In this document: piece after piece, positions 14,890 to 29,279 of the stretch
How positions within the stretch are numbered: the stretch's first letter is position 1
Layout of the letters: each line of letters starts with the position of its first letter
Assembly: GCF_964194025.1 (NCBI RefSeq)
Contig: NC_134474.1
Span: forward strand, 29,450,001-29,514,000
Source: Convolutriloba macropyga
Lineage: Eukaryota
Reading direction: 5' to 3'
Length of the DNA: 64,000 nucleotides
Made by a program: the position numbers and the translations under genes
Notes under the pieces: model-generated
What the model saw: the letters and a program-made list of their open reading frames with translations, nothing else
Database searches by the model: none
What the model was told of the DNA's origin: nothing

Positions 14890-16500
14890 ATTGAAAATTG
14901 TGGTAAAACCAAGTTGTTACTGCAAGATGGCAAAATTCAGCGCAACATGGACACTTCAATTGGAAGAACTACATGCCATTCCGCACTCAGCATGATCAGA
15001 CTAATTACTGAAAAGACAGAAAAATGGCTATCAACAGTAAATTCAAGACTCCCAATTACACCAACGAACAAAACAGAAATTAGAAACACCGTCATTAAAA
15101 TAAAATTGAAAATGACGAGCCACTGCATCCAACGAAAAGTAAAATAAAGCGTCATAATAACCGTCACTGTCTATACAAATCATCTGTACACTGAAACACA
15201 AATAGTAGACCACCTTGTCAAATCTGTCGAACTTAACTCAAATGCCGCTCGTTATGCAATAACCATCATCTCACTAGGCACGTTAGTGAGATTAGTAAGG
15301 GAAGTGTCTAGTATCAAGATAGATAAATGAAATTAGTTGAAACAGTGAGATAGTTTGCTCATCAGAATCAAACGGTCTTCCGTAAATTTTGGACGCTTCG
15401 TCCGTAAAGTACTTAAAGTACTGATTGTGCGATCTATCCCGTAAAACAACAGTAAACAATTAACAGTAAACAACAATCAACAAAAAACTATAACAAATCA
15501 ACATTCAAAACAAAAACAATGAAGACTGACTCCTGACTCTGGTTTACAATAGGTACGCTTGAAAGCTTGTTGATCTCGTTTCTGGTCGTTCACCTCTTCC
15601 AGGACTCTTTTTCGGGACGTTTCTGACCTCATTTTGTCAAACATATCAAGTGGCTCTGAGTCCAATTGAACATATGATTGGAATCGTATGATTCCATGAT
15701 CCCCCCGCCTTTCCACATCTGTGAGGGCGAACATAACCGGAACATTACTATCAAACAAACCTTTTGCCAGTTGCAAATCCATATAAACTTCATTTGACAT
15801 TGTCGCCACAAACAAATTAAAAAAACAAAAATTTTCATATTACACGTTTGAAATACACAACTTTATGAAGACCATGGAGTTTACTATTCTGTTAAAACAA
15901 CTCATACTGGCACCATCACTCCTGCCTTAATTGGATGAAATTTAATTCAAACTGAAATAACATTNNNNNNNNNNNNNNNNNNNNNNNNNNNNNNNNNNNN
16001 NNNNNNNNNNNNNNNNNNNNNNNNNNNNNNNNNNNNNNNNNNNNNNNNNNNNNNNNNNNNNNNNNNNNNNNNNNNNNNNNNNNNNNNNNNNNNNNNNNNN
16101 NNNNNNNNNNNNNNNNNNNNNNNNNNNNNNNNNNNNNNNNNNNNNNNNNNNNNNNNNNNNNNNNNNNNNNNNNNNNNNNNNNNNNNNNNNNNNNNNNNNN
16201 NNNNNNNNNNNNNNNNNNNNNNNNAGCGTTCAGAAAATCCATGACACAAAAAGATCTAGAGAAGAGATTTACGACCAGTGAAGATCAATCATTTTAAGAA
16301 CTTAAGACTATGTAATAAACTCAAACAAAGATATTCCATATCTACCACTAGTTCAAAGAATCTTAAATATCTAATATCTGATGTAATTCGTAGATATTTT
16401 AGAACCAGAATTAGATTAGGAATTGTTCCAACATTGCCTATTTTATATAGGGGATTCTTATAATCCCCTATCATAATGAAAAGAGACGCCTCTTTTTAGA
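14890..16500 (-). pseudogene. Decayed gene-dense remnant of unknown origin (possibly virus-, Polinton- or Helentron-derived)
   Basis: Several adjacent protein-like minus-strand frames broken by stops, including 15498..15815 ending in HCFCFEC, which appears to resume as LRDRSHNQYFKYF after a low-complexity insertion. The region spans the assembly gap. Confidence 0.3.
15965..16224. other. Assembly gap (260 N)
   Basis: Run of N. Confidence 1.
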
Positions 16501-16624
16501 AGCTCTCTTCTTGACTTAAAACTTGTTTCTATATAGCCAGAAGATGGAAAAGACCCGTACGCATGCATATCCTTCCTCCCCCAACCCCCAAATATGTAGG
16601 AATAGACCAAAATTTTTCTGTCGG

Positions 16625-17430
16625 TAATTTGCATTTAAATTGCTGATTTTAATTTTCCCGATAATAAAAACAACTATCAGAATCTACACTACGTTTCTGT
16701 GTTCGCTGATAAATTAATTTTGCCATTAAACTAATATCGCAATTGTATAACAAAAATGTTGTTAAATTGACAAAAGCAAAAATATCCGTGAATATTAGTC
16801 ACACTTTCAAATAAAGAAGTTTTTTAATTTGATTGTTTTGCCTTGACTTGATTTCTCATTCATCATTCCTGTTTAAATCTACCCGAACTGCTTCACAGCC
16901 CGATCAGCAATAAGGAAACATGGTGACCCTATTGAAAAAGCAAAATACCAAATCATTAGGGCTATTTTGTTCAGACCAACTTTGCTCACTTTTGAAGGGA
17001 GACTTAAAACTGTTACCATTTCAGACTCAATGCTAATTATGGCGAAAAGACGATCCCTAATTTACAACATGTGAAGAAGAGACATGTTGAGGTGTTGAAG
17101 TACCTTGTTGTCTATGCATAGGAGTGCAGGACAAAATACCCAATGCCAAAGCACCCAATGTGCTAAAAATACCCAAAACATAGCAAACATTTCAATTTCC
17201 TGTTTAATTTATCAGGCAGACTATTTGGAATATTCATGCCTAAAAGATATAATCTGTAATGTAAAAAAGTATATTTACCAAGTTTTAAATGTAGGAGTAG
17301 TTCATTAGACCACGCTTCGCGTGCTATAGCCATGCCTCAGCGGCACATGGGATTTTATGAAGCTATCACAACAGAGCTTGAGGTCAAATTTTCCGCTAAA
17401 GTATGGTACAGCAGGAATTTAAAACCGACA
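16625..17430 (+). repeat. Dispersed repeat, copy 1 (unclassified, ~0.8 kb)
   Basis: Collinear similarity to 22835-23665, with shared TACGTTTCTGTGTTCG and AATACCCAATGCCAAAGCACCCAATGTGCTAAAA. Confidence 0.8.
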
Positions 17431-17670
17431 GCGTGCTTGTATCAGATTTTTATCAGAAGTTAACAAAAATTTCTGGAACGTTTTTCGACGATTGAATTAG
17501 TCACAAAGTTTCTATATTCCACTTTTTTCAGAGAAAACAATCCCTAAATAAACTCCTATTTAAGTATGTGATCTGATATGGAATTTGACTAACGGAAGGG
17601 AACTTTTTTAAATCAAGTAGAAAATTAATTCAATGCAGAATGAGTAATTAAGATGGTAATTTTAGAGCAG

Positions 17671-20600
17671 AACAAGGCGGCTCGGTAATGTGCGATCGCA
17701 CTTAAATTTCTGACCCCTCTCATCCACAATTTTGGCATAATTGTCTACCAAATGAGGAACAGATAGAAAAATAAAAAATTCAAGTATTTTTCAAAAAAAA
17801 ACTGGTGTATGAACTAAAAGATAGCCTCCAAAGCAAATAACTCAGTGGAAATAAAAAATGATGCATTAAATTGATGAGATATGCCGATATTAAGAGAGCG
17901 AGCGAAGACGAACGGCAAAATCAAACAACAACAACCAGCATTAATTACATTAAAAAATTTATGTCCGTTTTAAAAAACAAAACTTAATAGCAAAGTCAAA
18001 ATAGCGTCAGATAAAACTGAATATAAACAAAATAACTTGTAATTCACAAGAAAACATGGTTATTCACCAGTTTATAATAAAGCATGGTAACAATTCGACA
18101 AAAAAAGAAAAGAAACTTTAAAGTTAGAAAAATCGCTGAATTTTTAAAAAAAAAAGAACAATTAATTTCAAAGTAATGAAAACCATTAGGAATCAACTAA
18201 AATATCCCTAGGTTTATAATTACCAAAGCTTCTGTAGAAGGGAATTAAGAACTCTTCGTATTCCATTTTTTATGCAGTTACAAAAAGAACAACAAATAGA
18301 CAACAAACTAAAAATCAATTAAAACTTGCCAGAAAATGCTTTGGAAGCCGTAAAGCCAAACTTTGTACCCCAAAATATGTTCGATTGCACACCTTCTTCG
18401 AACACCGATACTGTATTATCTGGCCCCTCATTAATGAAAATAAGCAAAATTAGACAAAAAAAGAAAAAAATGCAAAATTATGTAATACTTGTTTTCTTTC
18501 GAAAAAAAGTTTATTTCAAAAGACTTGAAAGCCATTAATTACAAAATGAAAAAGTTGAATAGGTTTGTCCATTCTTCCAAAGGAAGCCCTTGAGACCTGC
18601 AATTATCCAGAATACGTCTTACGTCTACAAAAAGAAAATCAAATATGGCAAAAATCAAAAATTCATTTACTTTATGAAAAACCGGTGTGGAAGCCAGTAA
18701 AGTCATAACGAATTCTCTTAAAATATTAGATTTTGTGACACCAATCCCTTTTGACAATTTCCCTTGAAATGTATTATGTGAACTCTCATTAATGAAACTA
18801 GGTAACAATTAGACCAAAAAGAAAAAAGCAAGATTATGTAAAACTTGTTTTTATCAAAATAAATTTATTTCCAAAGACATGAAAGCCATTAATTACAAAA
18901 TGAAAATTTGAATAGGTTCGTCCATTCTTCCAAAAGAAGCCCTTGAAACCTGCAATAAACACAAACATGTCTTACGTCTACAAAAAGAATGTCAATTATG
19001 ACAAAAATCAAATTTAATGTATTAATAATGACAAAATTAATTATGTCAAAATTAATTTACTTTTTTTTTGTGGAAAAACCAGTGTCGAAGCCAGTAAATT
19101 CACAACGAATTCTTTAAAAACATTAGATTTTGTGACACCAATCCCTTTTGACACCTTCCCTTGACACAAAATGTCATCTTAAACCTTTAATTAACGAGAC
19201 CAGGTAACAAACAATTAATAAAAGGAACAAAATTGCGAAGTTGAAATGTTTCTTTTCTTCATTTTGGAAAACAACTGTTTTCAAAGTCATGAAATCCATT
19301 ATCTATCTTCTAATATCAGAACGTCGTCTCATATACTTTTCCAGGAAAACAAAATCAAACCGGGTCATTGTACAGGAAATCAAAAACGACTAAAAAGACA
19401 ACGTAAAAACGACATTTAAAGACAAAATTAAAAAACTCAATTAAATTCTTCGAGAACGTATTGTCGAAGCGGTAAAGAACCGCAATATATTTCCTTGAGG
19501 ATTTAAATATTATCAATTGTGCCTTATTTTGAACGAGAAAAATGTGATTCATGAACCGACAATAACGTGATAATTTGACAAAATTAGAAAACATGAAAAA
19601 TGTGCAAATACCTAAAATTAAAAAAGAGTTTGTGAAATATATTAGAATCAAAGCCAGAACATCATAACTTAAGGCGATAACCGCAATAAAGACTAAATTT
19701 GAGTTCAGCAGAAAGAAGGAACACTCTTTGATTGCTGACACTAAGCTACAAGTTGACCAAAGTAAGAGAAAATGGAGGCAAAGTTCAATAACCTATTATT
19801 TATAAAATTAAGTAATTTTAAAAGTCAAAAGGACCATAAGCTTTCTAGTATAAAACTAGATGCATTAATCTGGAGCTGCATAGGAAGCCAATTGGACCTC
19901 TCACTACTGCGTTTTGTTTCGAATTGTTCTCTTCTTTAATTAATACAAAAAAGATCGACTGATTACAATTCGAATTATTTATTTTTGGATTGTAGCAGTC
20001 CAAGATTTGTCCAAAACTATCCCTGCTAATGTTGTTCGTTCATTAGGACCTTTTATTTTTTTCAAATGTTTTAGATATAACTAATTTGTCAGTTAAAAAA
20101 TCTAAAATAAATGCTCCGTTTTTGATAATCAACGACTAAAGTTAGCAAAGCAAAAACGGCTCAATTTTTATTACAGAGCACTCTCAACGGAATTTGAGGA
20201 ATAAAAAACCCCCTTTCAAATATTTTAGAAGTCAAAACGACCATAAATTTTCAAGCAATCAACTAGATAAACGAATTTCAAGCTAATTAGAAAGCCAATA
20301 GGACCTATCACTAGTGAGCTTTGATTTGAAATGCTCTGTTATTTAATTAATATAAAAAATATAAATCGAATTTTTTTTTAATATAAAACCGACTGACGAA
20401 AATCGGAGTTATTTTTGGATTGTAACGGTCCAACATTGGTACAGAACTAGTCCTGCTAGTGTTGATTGTCCATTAGAATATTTATTATTTGGAATGTCAT
20501 TCATATAGATATTTTGTTTGTTAAAAAATCAAATATAAATGCTACGTATTTAATAATCATCGAATACAGTTAGCAAAAACTGCAAATTTTTATTTACAGA

Positions 20601-21143
20601 GCTTTCTCAACGGAAGTTGAAGTGGAATTAGCCCCCATTTCAGTCTACAAAGATTGTGTTAGGGATGTTTGGGTGTGCACTTCCTGCAAATTTAATCAGA
20701 GTGGACTAAAGAAACTTTTTCGTGCTGTTTTTGATGAAAAAGTCTGAATTTTGTGAAATTTTTACCCAGAATTTGTGACAAAAAAAATTCAATGAAAATA
20801 GCGGGCAATGTATTTTGTCTTTAAACGTAAAATCGACAACATTTTCATGAAAAATTTTATTAAATTTTATCAAAATTGGCGAAATTTTAGTCAAAAATTC
20901 CGAAAAAAGGTGAATGAAATCAACGGACATCACTCTATTCTCTCGAAAGTTTAAACCTCGATATCTCCCTGTCAAAAACAAAAATCAAAAAAATCTTTTT
21001 AATTTCATATTCTACGCTGGACAAGCTTTCTAATGATACCAGTCTCAACTCTCTACGATGAATATATCGATCAGCCAAAATTGACTGAAAAAAAAACCAG
21101 TTGAGTATATAGTTTCCCCCCCCCTCAAGAGGGGCCGGAACAA
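17671..21143 (-). mobile_element. Helentron-type non-autonomous element, copy B (inverted relative to A)
   Basis: Minus strand: 5' TTGTTCCGGCCCC ... GGGGTCAGAA, palindrome GTGCGATCGCAC, then 3' CCGCCTTGTT. Internal duplications at ~18420/18790 and ~19800/20230. Confidence 0.7.
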
Positions 21144-21517
21144 TTATTTGATTAGCGAGAAAAAGTGTACAGTTTAGGTGGTTTTAGGTGGTAATATAAT
21201 GGGTAGAAAATGACCATTTTGAGTGGTTTTTAGAGTAGTTTTTAAAAATTGCTATCCAGTCACCTTTCTTTCCATTGTTGATAGCGGTGAGTGAATAGCA
21301 CTTTTTAGCACTACTATTTCTCGCACAATTTCAGCGCATTTTTTGCAAAATGTCTGTAATTACCAGTAGATGTTAAAAAAGAGATGGTTAAACCATCAGA
21401 GATCGAGTTTATGAATTGCTCAAGAGATGTGTAAGAACTGATCTGAAAGTAATGAACAAACCTTGAATTTTTCTAAAAATCATATATAACTTGAGCGCTT
21501 TTTTGCGCTATGAAAGG

Positions 21518-21623
21518 ATTTTTAGCTGAAATTTTTGGATATTCACTTCAAAGTCCATTTTTAGCTGAAATTTTTGGATATTCACTTCAAAGTCCATTTT
21601 TAGCTGAAATTTTTGGATATTCA
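21518..21623. repeat. 39-bp minisatellite, ~2.7 copies
   Basis: TAGCTGAA at 21523, 21562 and 21601. Confidence 0.95.
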
Positions 21624-22834
21624 GCAAAATCCAACGCATTTCTCATAATTTTTATAAAGTATTTCGAACGGGGATGAAAAGATATCAAATAAAAGCATTA
21701 CCATTTGGGTGCCGGGAATTGCCACTCAATTTAACAACCAAACCAAGAGCAGTTTCAGGTTACTGAACGTATGATCAAGTACTGCAGGAAATTGAAAAAG
21801 TCGCCAGTAAACACCTGAACAAATATATATTATGATATATGTACTGAATAACAGATAAATTCCAGTCAAGTGACACCAGATGCGGAGTATTGTTAGTCTG
21901 TTTGTTCTATCAAATAATAATCACGTTTTTGTTCTGAGACGGGGGAGTTTTTATACAAACTTCATATCATGAATGGCATATATTTCAATTTTAATCAATA
22001 AATATATGCATATTGTAAAGTTTATCTACAAAAAACGGGAAAATTTGGAGCTCCGGAGAAAAATTGTAACAAAAGTGATGAAAAGCGGACACAAATTTCA
22101 AGTGTTCTCGTGAACAAAAAATACAATTAGATGTACAATGACCAACTTGATTAACTACCAAAATTCATTAAACTCAAGCATCGCGTCCAATAAAAGCGCC
22201 CTTGTTATGGTAACAAAAAAGTAAGCATTGTGGTAACAAAAATTAAAATAAACTTCTTGAAAATCGCATCCGGGATCAACGGTAAATTCAATTACCATGA
22301 CCGTTGGGGTAATTCACTGAGCCCTTTTTGAAGAGAGAAAGTTTATCCATAAAGAACAAACACAAAGCTACAGACAGGAATAAAGGAAGCGGCCTGAATT
22401 CAATACATTTAATACGCGGGACCCAGCCTTAAATTTTGAGGGTGAAAATCGATAGTAGCCTGTGAGGGTTACAAAAACAAACAGGGAAGTTATAGTAGTG
22501 GTAGGGTTAGTTATATTTACTCATGTGATGCATCAAAGGGTGCCATTCAGAAATACTTGACGCAAAATCTCAGACCCAAACAAAAGTTCGCCTAATTGAC
22601 TCATACATGTAACAAGATTGGGATTGTAGTTTTTGAACAATTGTATGACAGGGCTGTTCTTAATTTAATGAAAAATAGATTGTTTGCCAATATTTGGCAA
22701 TTTTTGGTTGACAGGTAAAGTATTCTTTGATTTCACGTCAAACCCGCAAGTTCAAACACATTGCCATGTGGTTATAAACATACATATTGCCTAAATAAAT
22801 GTATCAAATTATGAAGGAATAAACAAACAATTTT

Positions 22835-23665
22835 CTATTTGTAATTTGCTCTTAAATTGCTGATTTCCATCTTCCCGATAATAAAAGAAATTTTCACAAT
22901 CTACATTACGTTTCTGTGTTCGTTGATAAATTAATTTTGCACTTAAATTAATATCGCAATTGTTAAAAAAAGCTGTTGTTAAAATAACAAAAGCAAAAAT
23001 GTTCGTCAATACTTGTCATAATTTCAAAAAAGGAAGTTTATAAATTGATTGTTTTGCCTAGATTTCTCATTCATCAGTTTTGTGTGTTTTCGGGAAAAAC
23101 TTTCTGTGTTTACGGGCTTTAAAACTACCCGAACTGTTTCACAGCGCGATCAACAATTAGGAAATACGGTGACCTTGATGAAAAATCAAAATACCATCTT
23201 ATTGGGGCTATATTCTTATAGGTTTGCCCACCCTAATAGGGTAGCACAAAACTGTATAACCATTTTAGGGACACAACTAAATAAGGCGAAACGATAAACC
23301 CTAACTTACAACATGTGGAGAAAATTGAGGCCTTGAAGTACATTGTTCTGTATGCATAGGGGTACTGGACAATTAATACCCAATGCCAAAGCACCCAATG
23401 TGCTAAAATACCTAAAACCTGCAAAATATTTTATTTCACTGTTTAATTTATCAGGCAGACTATTTGCAAAATTAATGCGTAAGGGACACATTATGTGTCA
23501 ACGAATTATATTTACCAAGTTTTAAATGTAGGTGTAGTTTATTTGGCCACGCCTTGCGAGCTATGACAATGCCTCAGCAGCCCACGGGAATTGATATAAA
23601 ACTATCAGAACAGAACTTGAGATCAAATTATCCGCAAAAGTATGATAAAGCAGGGTTGTAATACC
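22835..23665 (+). repeat. Dispersed repeat, copy 2
   Basis: Direct diverged copy of 16625-17430. Confidence 0.8.
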
Positions 23666-24477
23666 GATTAATTGTAGCAGATATTATTCACAAAGGATTT
23701 TTAAAAAGAAAATAGGACACTATGTCACATTGGGCGATTCGGCATTGCCTAATTGTCAAGCAAACGTATGCAAAAACTAATAACGATTTTTAACAGGAAC
23801 AAATCGCAGTAAAACCAAAGTAAACTGCGCCATTGAGCCAATATTGTGCATAGCAGTTCACTCAACTCCAAATGATATTTAGGTTAAACAAATTGTCACT
23901 TGATCAAATTAGACCATCTAGAAGTCTTACGTTAATTCTCTAAGGAATGGTTCTGCAATACGGGCTCACATCAATGTCAACCAGCTTCGTGTTATGTGTG
24001 CGTGCGTGTGTGCGCGTGTGAGTGCATATGAAAGTTTTTATGCAGTCTTATGGTACGGGTGTTTGTATGATTGCCAATTTCTGAAATTGCAGAGAAAACT
24101 AATAAAAATCAAACTTGTGCAGCAAGAGATGATATGGAAAAAAACTCGTTCCAACAAGTCAAACAACACTAACAAAATTGAAAACAAAAAACTATCTGGA
24201 AACAAATCAGCACAGAGGAATAAGATTGTTTCAATTAAAAAAGTACAAAAGCTACTTTTTGTCTATTAAAGATTGTATTCAACTGTCTATTCCACCTCAA
24301 AGTTATAAGGCTCAAGTTTTTCATTGTTTTCTTTGTCTTATAAAACTTTTCTATGTATCAAACATTTTGGACAGAATTATTGTGAGGAGAATTTTAGATT
24401 AGAAACTCCTAGTTATGGCAGTTTCAATATATCTATGGCCAAACTTGAAAGCTACAAAAGATTTCGCAAATTTTCAA

Positions 24478-24481
<4 letters not shown>

Positions 24482-24549
<68 letters not shown>
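24482..24549. repeat. (TA)n microsatellite
   Basis: Pure TA run. Confidence 1.
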
Positions 24550-24551
<2 letters not shown>

Positions 24552-26889
24552 CCTAAAAAATTCGAGAAATCTTTGGTAGCTTTCACGTTTGGCCGTGGAC
24601 GTATAAAATTTGCCATAACTAAGGGCTTCGATCCTAATTGAGTAAAATTCTCTTCACACTTATTCTAGCCAACAAGTTTGAATACATAGTCATGTTTTTT
24701 AAGACAGAAAGAAAACAATTGAAAGTTTGAACCTTATAACTTTGAGATGGAATCGACAGTTGAAAATAATGTTTATTGGCATGACCTTTGATCTAGATCT
24801 CCGAATGGAAGCAAATGTATTTTATCGCCTCCAAAACATGTTGAATTAAATGAAATATTTTTTGTTCTTGTTTCTTAAAACATTAATGATATGAACTACA
24901 ATGAACTATAAAACAACTTAAAAATAAGAAGCCTAAACCTAAAGTCAATAAAAAACTAAAGCAAATTAACCTAATCCCGGAACAATTCAAGATTCCTGTG
25001 TCCAAAAACATTTATCTTTGAGGTTTACTTCAACCCCACAAATCAACTTGGGATAAACTCACCGGATAGAAGAATTATTTTTCAGTTTTTCTTCGCTTTT
25101 TAAGACCGAACCAAAACTCGGTATAAACACCTTTTTTAGTAATTCAGTTGGAGATTAATCGAACAAAAAAGAAAAGAATGATAAGCTGTTTCCACCCTTC
25201 TTTGTCACTTGAGGGCAAAAAGAGACTGATAACCAAAAATATCCCCTCCATTAGTGACACTACGGGCCAATTTAATGGAAATATTGACGGAATTTTCGTG
25301 AGAACTGTTCTTTTGGGTGTGTTTTGCTCCACTAAATGTTATCTTGTTCCAAACACTGAAAAACCATCAACTCATAAAACACAGCGAAGCACCTATTCAA
25401 GATTTTTATCACTCCGAGAAGAACACTTAAAACACGTTTTGATTTTTTTTTCAATGAATTGAATTTGAGAAACGAAAACGTTTTATTATTTTATAAAAAG
25501 TCATTAAATTCTTATGAAGCATAATTTTGCAGAAGATTATGATGTCTGAGGCGGGATAAGAAACAATTGCCAATGATTTGGGCGGTATCTTGACTAAAAA
25601 ATAGTTACTGATTCAGAAATATTATAAACATTAAACTCATATTTTTCTAATGAAACGAAAAATTAACTTACAGTCAAATAAAGCCTTGCAATAAGAGTGC
25701 CGTCAATGCGTGCTGAATTATCAAAAAAGGAATAACCATACAAATACTTTCACGAATCAAACGATTGTTGAATTAATATTTAAGCTTTTTTGTGTTTGCC
25801 AGTTGGCACAAAAGACGTCCTGAACAGACTTTTGAGATGCCAAAAGGGGAGAATAATTGAAAAGTACTGTCACTCACCTGTTCATATGGAAAAGTCTAGT
25901 CTCAATACTTTGTTCACTGCACACTTGAGGAGGCTTTGCTTTTTATCTAAGTGGTACAGCAAGAGTATCTTCAGTTTTGGAGAGGATAAAAGGTGACAAA
26001 AAGGATCTCGTTAATTAGAGATGCTTGACATTGAGTAAAAAGAGTTTTGGCACCAAATTCCTGCTGGCTAAGAGGAACTAAAGGTTTTACAGGGTACAGT
26101 TCGCTCCTCGATATGTTGCGAAACGAAGAAAGGAATGATAACAAGCACGCGAATATCGGAGATAAAGGGCAAAATTACTATGATGTGGAAGAAAATCAGG
26201 ATACACTTTTCAATTTCTTGCAAGTTAAAACCCCTTTAGCTCTGGTTGTTAACAAAAGTTGACAACAAAAACTCCTCATTCACCTCCCCCCTCGGGTATT
26301 TCTAACAACTTGACCTGCTCTAAAAAGGTAGTATGATGTTAGAAAGCTTAAAAATGTGCCCTATCTACTTCTAACATAAAACAAAAATTACAATAAGAAC
26401 AGTTTGGCAGTTTAAAAAGTAGTATATATAACTTTCCTCAGGGGAAGTCGATAAGCCGCATGAAATTGACAGCAAACAACTGTAATTTACTTTTGCCGAC
26501 AGGCTAACATGTGTTTTTAAAAATAATTCAATAATCCATTCCAAGCTCATCGAAGAAGCCCTAAAAGATCTAATATCTGTTGCGCAAAGCGTCAAATAAA
26601 ACTGTTTAGTTAAAGGCTAAGTTTTTTTTTAGGAAAAGCACTATGGTCAAGGTACCAAAAAAGTAAGTACAGCATGATCTGTACTCGTTAAACATATATT
26701 GGGCAATGCTTCACTTATGTGGAAAAGATTTTCTTCTCGTTTTCTTTGCTTAAAGAGCAAAAATTGGTTAAACAACTTAGTTCTTCTATTGCTTCTCATA
26801 TTTTTTCTATTGTTTCTCAAATAACATGTTATTTCTCAAAAAATGCCGGATATTTGTGGATCAAAATATAGCTCCAACTCAAATTGCGA

Positions 26890-27680
26890 TTAAAAAGAAG
26901 AGCACACATATGCTCAGGCCATTCTTTTTTTGACAAGCGGTTGTTTTTTTCCAAACATGTAAATTAATAATATAACCGAAAGGTTAAAGTTTACATGCCT
27001 TCAGAATAATCACGAATATATATTGAAATAATCAAAATTATACATCAAACTTCTGGTTATTAATTGATGTTACCCATTAAGCTGTTCGTTCTACTATATA
27101 AAAAAAGACACGAATGATCCTAACTGTTTATCTATTGGAAAATATTCATGCTGACGTTGCAAAAACTCTGTTAAATTTTTTTTGAAAAAAATTTTGTTCT
27201 CCGTCGCTCTTACGTTAGAGGGTAACTTATTCCATTTTTGTATGCTCTTCAAAATCAAAGATCTTTTACTCTGCTTATTATACTTTTGAGTTCTTTTTAT
27301 CAGCTGTTTTGTCCGTTCGTTCTGTTTTAACTGTAGGCGGTGCACATTTTTTAAATGTTTCTGATACTATCCTCTGATTCAAGTCTGTGTGGAGTTTCAA
27401 TATACTAAACTTTGAAATAATTATTTCAGCTGGTAGGACATGCGATTTGCGAAGTATATCACGACAATGATCGAAATTACGACGCATATAACACACTTTT
27501 ATGCCCCAGTTAATCTGTCGATTTATACGCTGTATATTTTTTGCTAACGATGTTTGTAAATAAACTCCACTGAATGACAAATGAGAGAGGAATAAAGATT
27601 TGAAAACTTGCAACCTTACTTCCAAAGGTATATGGTTTCTTACTAGATATAGTGAGCGAATGGCGGCAGCCATTTTTTTA
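26890..27680 (-). mobile_element. 5'-truncated CR1/L2-group LINE (ORF2 C-terminus and 3' UTR)
   Basis: ORFs 27278..27673 and 27094..27345 (IPLEVRLQVFKSLFLSHL, RQINWGIKVCY, KWNKLPSNVR) match post-RT LINE regions. One frameshift. Same family as 4830-5830. Confidence 0.8.
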
Positions 27681-28875
27681 TTGAGGAGACCAGAGTCAAT
27701 GTCTTGTATTATTTGCGGAAATGGAACGAGATCTCGAAGAATACACGATGATTGAATTCGAACAAGCGATCACTGGTTTTTGGGGAACACAAATCAAAAA
27801 ACAATAGCAATTTCTTCTTAAAAAAAGAGCGCGAAGATCTAAAATGATCATAATAAATCTAGATATGAGCAAAAATCAATCATTATTAGCATTTGGGAGA
27901 AACTTTTGTGAAAGAGACGAAATTAGAAACCTACATAAAAAATAGAGGCAGTCCAATGAACGCTACAAAACTTTGAAGCATCCTGGCGCATTGCCAGAAC
28001 GGAAAATTGAGCTCAAAGAGTGCTGACTTTATTTTAGATAGCGTTTTCCAAAATGTTCTTTTTTGATACCAAAAGTTATCTTGCTCAATTTGGTCGCAGA
28101 ATGTTATTTACTTTTGCACACAAACAGACGTTATTTTTTTAAAAATCCAATAATTTATTCCAAGCTCGCCAAAAAACATCCCTTAAAACATCTGATAACT
28201 GTTGCGCAAAGCGTCAAATAAATCTATTTAGTACTTTTCTTTTTAGGGCGAGAGTCCGCTGTCACACTGCTGCCTTTTTAAAGATTGGACAACCTCATAT
28301 CTTTGTTTCAAAAATTCTTTCTAGGGTTTCGAATTACCGCTTTGTTTAATACTTTATTGCTTTTTTCTCAAAAAAAATTATTTTAAGAAAGGAAATGAGT
28401 TTTAAAGAATTTTGTTTTTTTTTATATCTCAGAGCCTGGGAATACAGATAAATTTTGTTCTTTTATATGAGTTTGCCCGAAAATTTATGCATCAATAAAA
28501 AAGATGCTCTCAAAAACGCAAAGAATAAACGGAAAAATAACAATCAGTCATTCGTAAAGCCAAAGAAAAACAAAAATATCATTTAGGAACATTGAAAAGT
28601 TCCCTCTGTTATATATTTTGAAATCGAAAAATTCACAAAGTCCACAAGTATCAACAACAACATGGCCTAACAACAATAAAATTTGATTTCCGAAAAATTA
28701 ACTCGCCACCTAAAACTCGAAAGATACCGTTAAAGAAGTTGAAAAGAAGAAAAAAATTGTTTTCCAATTGAGAAAGTTCTTCGTTTTAACATTCGAATAT
28801 TAAAACATAGAAGTTGAAAATTTACGGAATTTTATTGTAGTATATTTTGGCAATCGAACTTTTCAAGCTGCAAAA

Positions 28876-28897
28876 CTCTCTCTCTCTCTCTCTCTCT
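28876..28897. repeat. (CT)n microsatellite
   Basis: CT run. Confidence 0.9.
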
Positions 28898-29279
28898 TTA
28901 AACGGAAGGTTAACGAGGTTTCAAAAATTTTAGAAAAAACAGCTCAAAAAGAAAAATTCATTTCAGCTATATTCAGAAAATAAGGAATTACTTTTGATGA
29001 GAATCACTTTTGGCGTTGCGTGCATCTAAAGTAATCTAAAACAAAACTAGTTGATAAAATTTGTTCATACGGTTAGCCAAATTTCAAACGTTGCAATTCC
29101 AGAATACAACACTACTCTACAAAAAATTTCAAAAACTGACTTTTTAATACGCCAAAAAATTCGGAGAATAAACTGTATTCAAACTACTGAAAGCTCGCCA
29201 ATTAGTTGAAAATTGGTTGTTTTTCAGGTAAGATAACTCAGCTGCAACAACCTCAACTTTTAACAACGTTTGAGGTCAT

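Noticed and set aside
15916-16249. ORFs spanning the X run
   Set aside because: Artefacts of the N gap.
24324-24641. ORF with IY repeat
   Set aside because: Translation of a TA microsatellite.
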